Of a DNA stretch of 64,000 bases, positions 60,610 through 64,000 are shown in pieces. This DNA is from a virus. Every line of letters begins with the position of its first letter. The stretch's first letter is position 1. A program made the position numbers and the translations under genes. Where the stretch lies: positions 14,276-78,275 of IMG/VR virus record IMGVR_UViG_3300020474_001461. The stretch is one strand, 5' to 3'. The notes below the pieces were generated by a model that was not told where the DNA came from, searched no databases, and was given only the letters and a program-made list of their open reading frames with translations.

Positions 60610-60634
60610 AAAAAACCCACCGATTGGTGGGTTT
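60610..60634 (-). terminator. intrinsic terminator after the tail tube gene
   Basis: AAACCCACC-AATC-GGTGGGTTT plus U-run. Confidence 0.8.
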
Positions 60635-60663
60635 CAATTTTTATTATTAAAGTAATATTATGA

Positions 60664-61152
60664 TTAGTATTGTAAAATTGCGTAATCGTAAGTAAGTGTC
60701 ATTTCTACTGTTGCTAAGTCTTCACCTGTATAATCCATGTCAGAGAAGTTTGCTGATTGAATGTAGGCACCTTTTAATGTCCACTCTTCTACTTTATCAC
60801 CAACAGGACCCAAACTGTTAAATGTGATGTCTTTTTTGTAGAAGTCAGAGTATCCATCTCTACCTGTTACTGATTCATGGTGTAATCTAACCCACTCCAT
60901 TACTGCTTGTGCCGCTGACGGTACTACAGGGTCATATAGAGTGATTGCCAAATCTTGCCATTCTGAACGACCTTTAACATATCTTCTTACGTTAATGTGG
61001 TCGATTGTCACTTTACCATTCTGAATCTCAGGTCTTGCTGACGTTTTAATTAAATACGCAGGTATTCCTTCGATGTACATGATGAACCTATTTGACATTT
61101 TAGGTTCAAAGTTCGTGAACATAATTTCTGTTGGGTCTAATAATTGTGCCAT
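60664..61152 (-). CDS. tail tube protein (gp19-like)
   Basis: EPK..NRF, W.D..ITLYD, YKKD, EEWTL.GA, LTYDYA. Confidence 0.9.
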   Translation of the reverse strand: MAQLLDPTEIMFTNFEPKMSNRFIMYIEGIPAYLIKTSARPEIQNGKVTIDHINVRRYVKGRSEWQDLAITLYDPVVPSAAQAVMEWVRLHHESVTGRDGYSDFYKKDITFNSLGPVGDKVEEWTLKGAYIQSANFSDMDYTGEDLATVEMTLTYDYAILQY

Positions 61153-61176
61153 TTATGTCTCCTATTATCTCTTTCT

Positions 61177-61184
61177 AATAAATA
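61177..61184 (-). promoter_or_regulatory. putative late promoter TATTTATT
   Basis: Shared motif upstream of structural genes. Confidence 0.55.
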
Positions 61185-61200
61185 GTCTTTTTTTTATTTT

Positions 61201-63615
61201 TTATCCTTCAGGGAACGCTGCACCTGTTGGTAGTACGTTGAAATCAAGTACTATAAACTCTGCAGTTTTCGCTGGTTGTATAAATATCTCACCTTTTAAG
61301 ATGTTTCTATCAATCACGTCAGGTGTATTGTTTGATTCATCCATGATAACACGGAATGCGTAAAGACCTTGTCTTTGTTGTACTGATTCTAAGTAAGGAT
61401 TAACGATACTTAAGAATCTGTTTCTTGTCGCTGCCGTATTGTTCTCGAAAATTAGATATCTTGAAGATGATGCTATGAACTTCTTCAATGCTATTAACAA
61501 TCTTCTTACATTTATTCTGTCAAGTGCACTTGGTTTTGCTTGGAGTGTTTTTTGTCCAAATACAGTTGCTCCTTGGCCAGGAAATGTTGCGATTGGGTTA
61601 ATTCTATTTTCGTATAATGTGTCTCTTTCAGTATGAGTCAATCTTGATTTAACTTCGATTACGTTTGGTAATCCACCTCTGTTAAGACCTGCTGGTGCGA
61701 ACCATGGTTCTGCAACTGCGTCATTAAATGCTATAACGCCAGGAATAACAACACTTGGTGGTACCCAAATTGGTTTATTCTTGTCTGTATCAAGTATTTT
61801 AACCCATGGATGGTAAGTACCAACGTAGTTTGAGTCAAATGAACTTAATGAGTTAACTACTGTAGATATTGAATCTTGATATGCTCCTGCGTCCATTACA
61901 TAGAATGCGTCTTGTCTATCTTCAACCATATCTTTTGCAAATGTACTTACTGAAGAGTGTAATCTATTGATAACACCTGGCAGTACTAACATATTTAAGT
62001 CATACTCATCAGGATTTGATAATGCGTTAATTGCTTTTCTATATGCTACCGTTCCTGCTGCAGTTGCTCCTGATAGGTCAAAACCTTGTGAGTTTCCTGC
62101 TACAATGTTTGAACCAACATATACTGTTCTGTTTGGTTCAAATCCATCGAATCCACCTTGGAAAGGTACTAAGAATTTTTTATTATCTATAATTCCATCA
62201 TTCAATGCAATCGCTGCTCCGTTTGAGATACAGTTACTTAATAAGAACTTACTACCAACTGTAGTTGAACTTGCGTCAGGAGTTGGACTTAAGTAGTTTA
62301 AGTTATCTGTAGTTACGAAGTCGTATGAATATCCTAAGAATGCTCTCTTATTAAATTCACCACTTATAGATTGTGTTAAATTGTATGTTGGTGATGGTAA
62401 AGTTGCTCCACTTGGAAGTGGTGATGTTACTTTTGCAAATCCAAATGGTACAAGAGTTGAATTCATTGCTCCTGAATCCACATCACTGTCAACTTCTACT
62501 CTAATATTTACAGATGCGTTTGGATAGTCACCATTTAAGATTACTTTTCCATTTGCGTCTATTTGAATCTCTTTGTCACCGATAATTCTCTTAATATAGT
62601 TTGGTGAGTTAGGGTCTAAGTTAACACCTGAGAACTCTTCTACAATATTTGGTCTTGTATCAGTATCTTGTACTGTTTGACCGAATACAGAGTTAGGAAT
62701 CTTAGAAGTATCTACTCTTCTTACTATTACTGAGAATGTACCGTATTCAGAACCAGGCACCTCTGATGCTGGTTTGATATCTCTAATACCTATTTTAAAT
62801 TCATAGTTTGTTGGGTTACCGTGTGATAACGTGTGGAATCTAAATAGGTTTTTAGTAACACCTGATACATCTTGTGATATAATATAAGGTGTTGTTGCGT
62901 GTGAGTATGCTTTTGTATAATCTATACTTGAATTAGAAATTGTCAATCTTACTTCTTCACCCGTTGCGAATGATTGAGATGCGAATGTACTAAATTCATT
63001 GTATAAATATGCATATTGACCATCGTTTTTAGGAGAGAAACCGAATGTCTTAGCTATATAATTGTTTGCCGTGGGATTTAATGAACCTGTTGGTACTGCT
63101 AATTGTGCTGATGCTGATAATACACTGATTCCGGCTGATGCACTTAAATATAGAGCGAAATTAGATGCTGATACTTCAGGTGTTGGTGCACTTGCAGAAC
63201 CACTTAAGTTAGTGATTACAGATTTATCGAGTGACCCTGTAGAGTTTACATTGTTTGCAAACGCCACTTTAGTAGTTGGGTGTAATACCGCTGCTACCTT
63301 CACACCTGCAGATGATGATATACTTAAATTTAATGTTTGTACATTATATCCACTTGCACCTAAAATTCTTACTATTGTTGCAGTTCCTGCTTCTTCTAAA
63401 TAAGATTGTGCTGTATATGGTAAATATGAATCTTCAGTTAATCCACCAAATACTTGTTGAAATTCTTGAAAAGATTCTACCTTCGTTGGTACGAATGCAG
63501 GACCTTTAATACTTTGTCCTACTAACGCTGCACCTATTTCACCTATCCCTTGAGGTAAAAATGAGAGGTCTTTCTCTCTTGTGAATACGCCTGGACTAAC
63601 AATTCTTTCTGCCAT
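61201..63615 (-). CDS. contractile tail sheath protein (gp18-like)
   Basis: SPGVFTRE.D, WFAPAG..RG, INPI, GQKTL, DRINVRRL, DESNNTP.VID, AEFI. Confidence 0.95.
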   Translation of the reverse strand: MAERIVSPGVFTREKDLSFLPQGIGEIGAALVGQSIKGPAFVPTKVESFQEFQQVFGGLTEDSYLPYTAQSYLEEAGTATIVRILGASGYNVQTLNLSISSSAGVKVAAVLHPTTKVAFANNVNSTGSLDKSVITNLSGSASAPTPEVSASNFALYLSASAGISVLSASAQLAVPTGSLNPTANNYIAKTFGFSPKNDGQYAYLYNEFSTFASQSFATGEEVRLTISNSSIDYTKAYSHATTPYIISQDVSGVTKNLFRFHTLSHGNPTNYEFKIGIRDIKPASEVPGSEYGTFSVIVRRVDTSKIPNSVFGQTVQDTDTRPNIVEEFSGVNLDPNSPNYIKRIIGDKEIQIDANGKVILNGDYPNASVNIRVEVDSDVDSGAMNSTLVPFGFAKVTSPLPSGATLPSPTYNLTQSISGEFNKRAFLGYSYDFVTTDNLNYLSPTPDASSTTVGSKFLLSNCISNGAAIALNDGIIDNKKFLVPFQGGFDGFEPNRTVYVGSNIVAGNSQGFDLSGATAAGTVAYRKAINALSNPDEYDLNMLVLPGVINRLHSSVSTFAKDMVEDRQDAFYVMDAGAYQDSISTVVNSLSSFDSNYVGTYHPWVKILDTDKNKPIWVPPSVVIPGVIAFNDAVAEPWFAPAGLNRGGLPNVIEVKSRLTHTERDTLYENRINPIATFPGQGATVFGQKTLQAKPSALDRINVRRLLIALKKFIASSSRYLIFENNTAATRNRFLSIVNPYLESVQQRQGLYAFRVIMDESNNTPDVIDRNILKGEIFIQPAKTAEFIVLDFNVLPTGAAFPEG

Positions 63616-63652
63616 TATTTTCTCCTAAATTAAAATCTTTGGTTTACCTTTA

Positions 63653-63660
63653 TATAAATA
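63653..63660 (-). promoter_or_regulatory. putative late promoter TATTTATA
   Basis: Shared motif upstream of structural genes. Confidence 0.55.
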
Positions 63661-63685
63661 CTCCAAAAATTTTGAAAACGAATAC

Positions 63686-63967
63686 TTATTTGTTAGGTGT
63701 GAACTGATTTGTTGTAATATCGTAAGTTCCCTCACCATATTTTTCTCTTAATCCACTTGCTAACGTTTGTTCTTCTACTTTTAATTCAGAGTAAGATTTC
63801 ATCAAATTTATCTTTTCTTGTTTTAAATTTGAAAACTGCGTTTCAAGGGTGTTTACGTCAATTTCTATTTCACCCAATCTTGCTGTTATTTGTAAAACCT
63901 TTGTCTGAATATCTTCAATTTTATTCTTCTCTTCTTTTGAGAATTCTTTAATAACTTTTTCTGCCAT
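63686..63967 (-). CDS. coiled-coil hypothetical protein
   Basis: LGEIE...KYGEGTYDI..FTP; late motif at window edge. Confidence 0.65.
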   Translation of the reverse strand: MAEKVIKEFSKEEKNKIEDIQTKVLQITARLGEIEIDVNTLETQFSNLKQEKINLMKSYSELKVEEQTLASGLREKYGEGTYDITTNQFTPNK

Positions 63968-64000
63968 AACATTACTTTATTTTAACTTACTTATATAAAT

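Noticed and set aside
756-63951. Plus-strand ORFs in the ORF track
   Set aside because: All lie antisense to well-supported minus-strand genes, lack motifs and have shadow-ORF composition.
2573-64000. Plus-strand TATAAATA as T4 late promoters driving plus-strand genes
   Set aside because: No credible plus-strand genes; the sites sit upstream of minus-strand starts.
1-64000. Stop-codon reassignment, introns/inteins, tRNA genes
   Set aside because: Core genes are intact and normal length in the standard code, TAG/TGA/TAA all act as stops, and no intergenic gap shows a tRNA-like structure.

Overview
A 64-kb segment of a large, AT-rich, T4-like contractile-tailed phage genome. Essentially all real genes are on the minus strand; the plus-strand ORFs are antisense shadows. 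In transcription order (right to left) it carries: (1) a tail module (sheath, tube, chaperone, tape measure, baseplate); (2) a minimal family-A DNA polymerase and a large putative virion nuclease; (3) a T4-like replication/recombination core (SSB, RecA/UvsX, 5'-3' exonuclease, helicase, NrdB/NrdA, thioredoxin, family-B polymerase, clamp, clamp loader), with a GT-B glycosyltransferase, UDP-galactopyranose mutase and a 2OG-Fe(II) oxygenase embedded in it; (4) a ~16-kb glycan biosynthesis island including an aldolase/CMP-ulosonate synthetase fusion; (5) a lysis/envelope module; (6) probable internal head proteins and a ClpS/UVR pair. The host is inferred to be Bacteroidota from TTTG-N19/20-TAnnTTWR promoters, Gln after signal peptides and a lipoprotein export signal. 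The strongest unannotated signal is genome-wide. All 32 CCNGG sites found by eye, including all 30 forced by Pro-Gly, sit in GCCNGG/CCNGGC context, while GATC was not seen and CTAG only once. This is the footprint expected of a GpC-context cytosine (hyper)modification that shields restriction sites. Also found: a start-less ORF reachable by a +1/-2 frameshift at GGG TTT TTT TGG in the tail chaperone gene, and a late-promoter motif TATTTAT(A/T) that is the reverse complement of the T4 late promoter. All product calls come from motif recognition by eye and all counts are manual.
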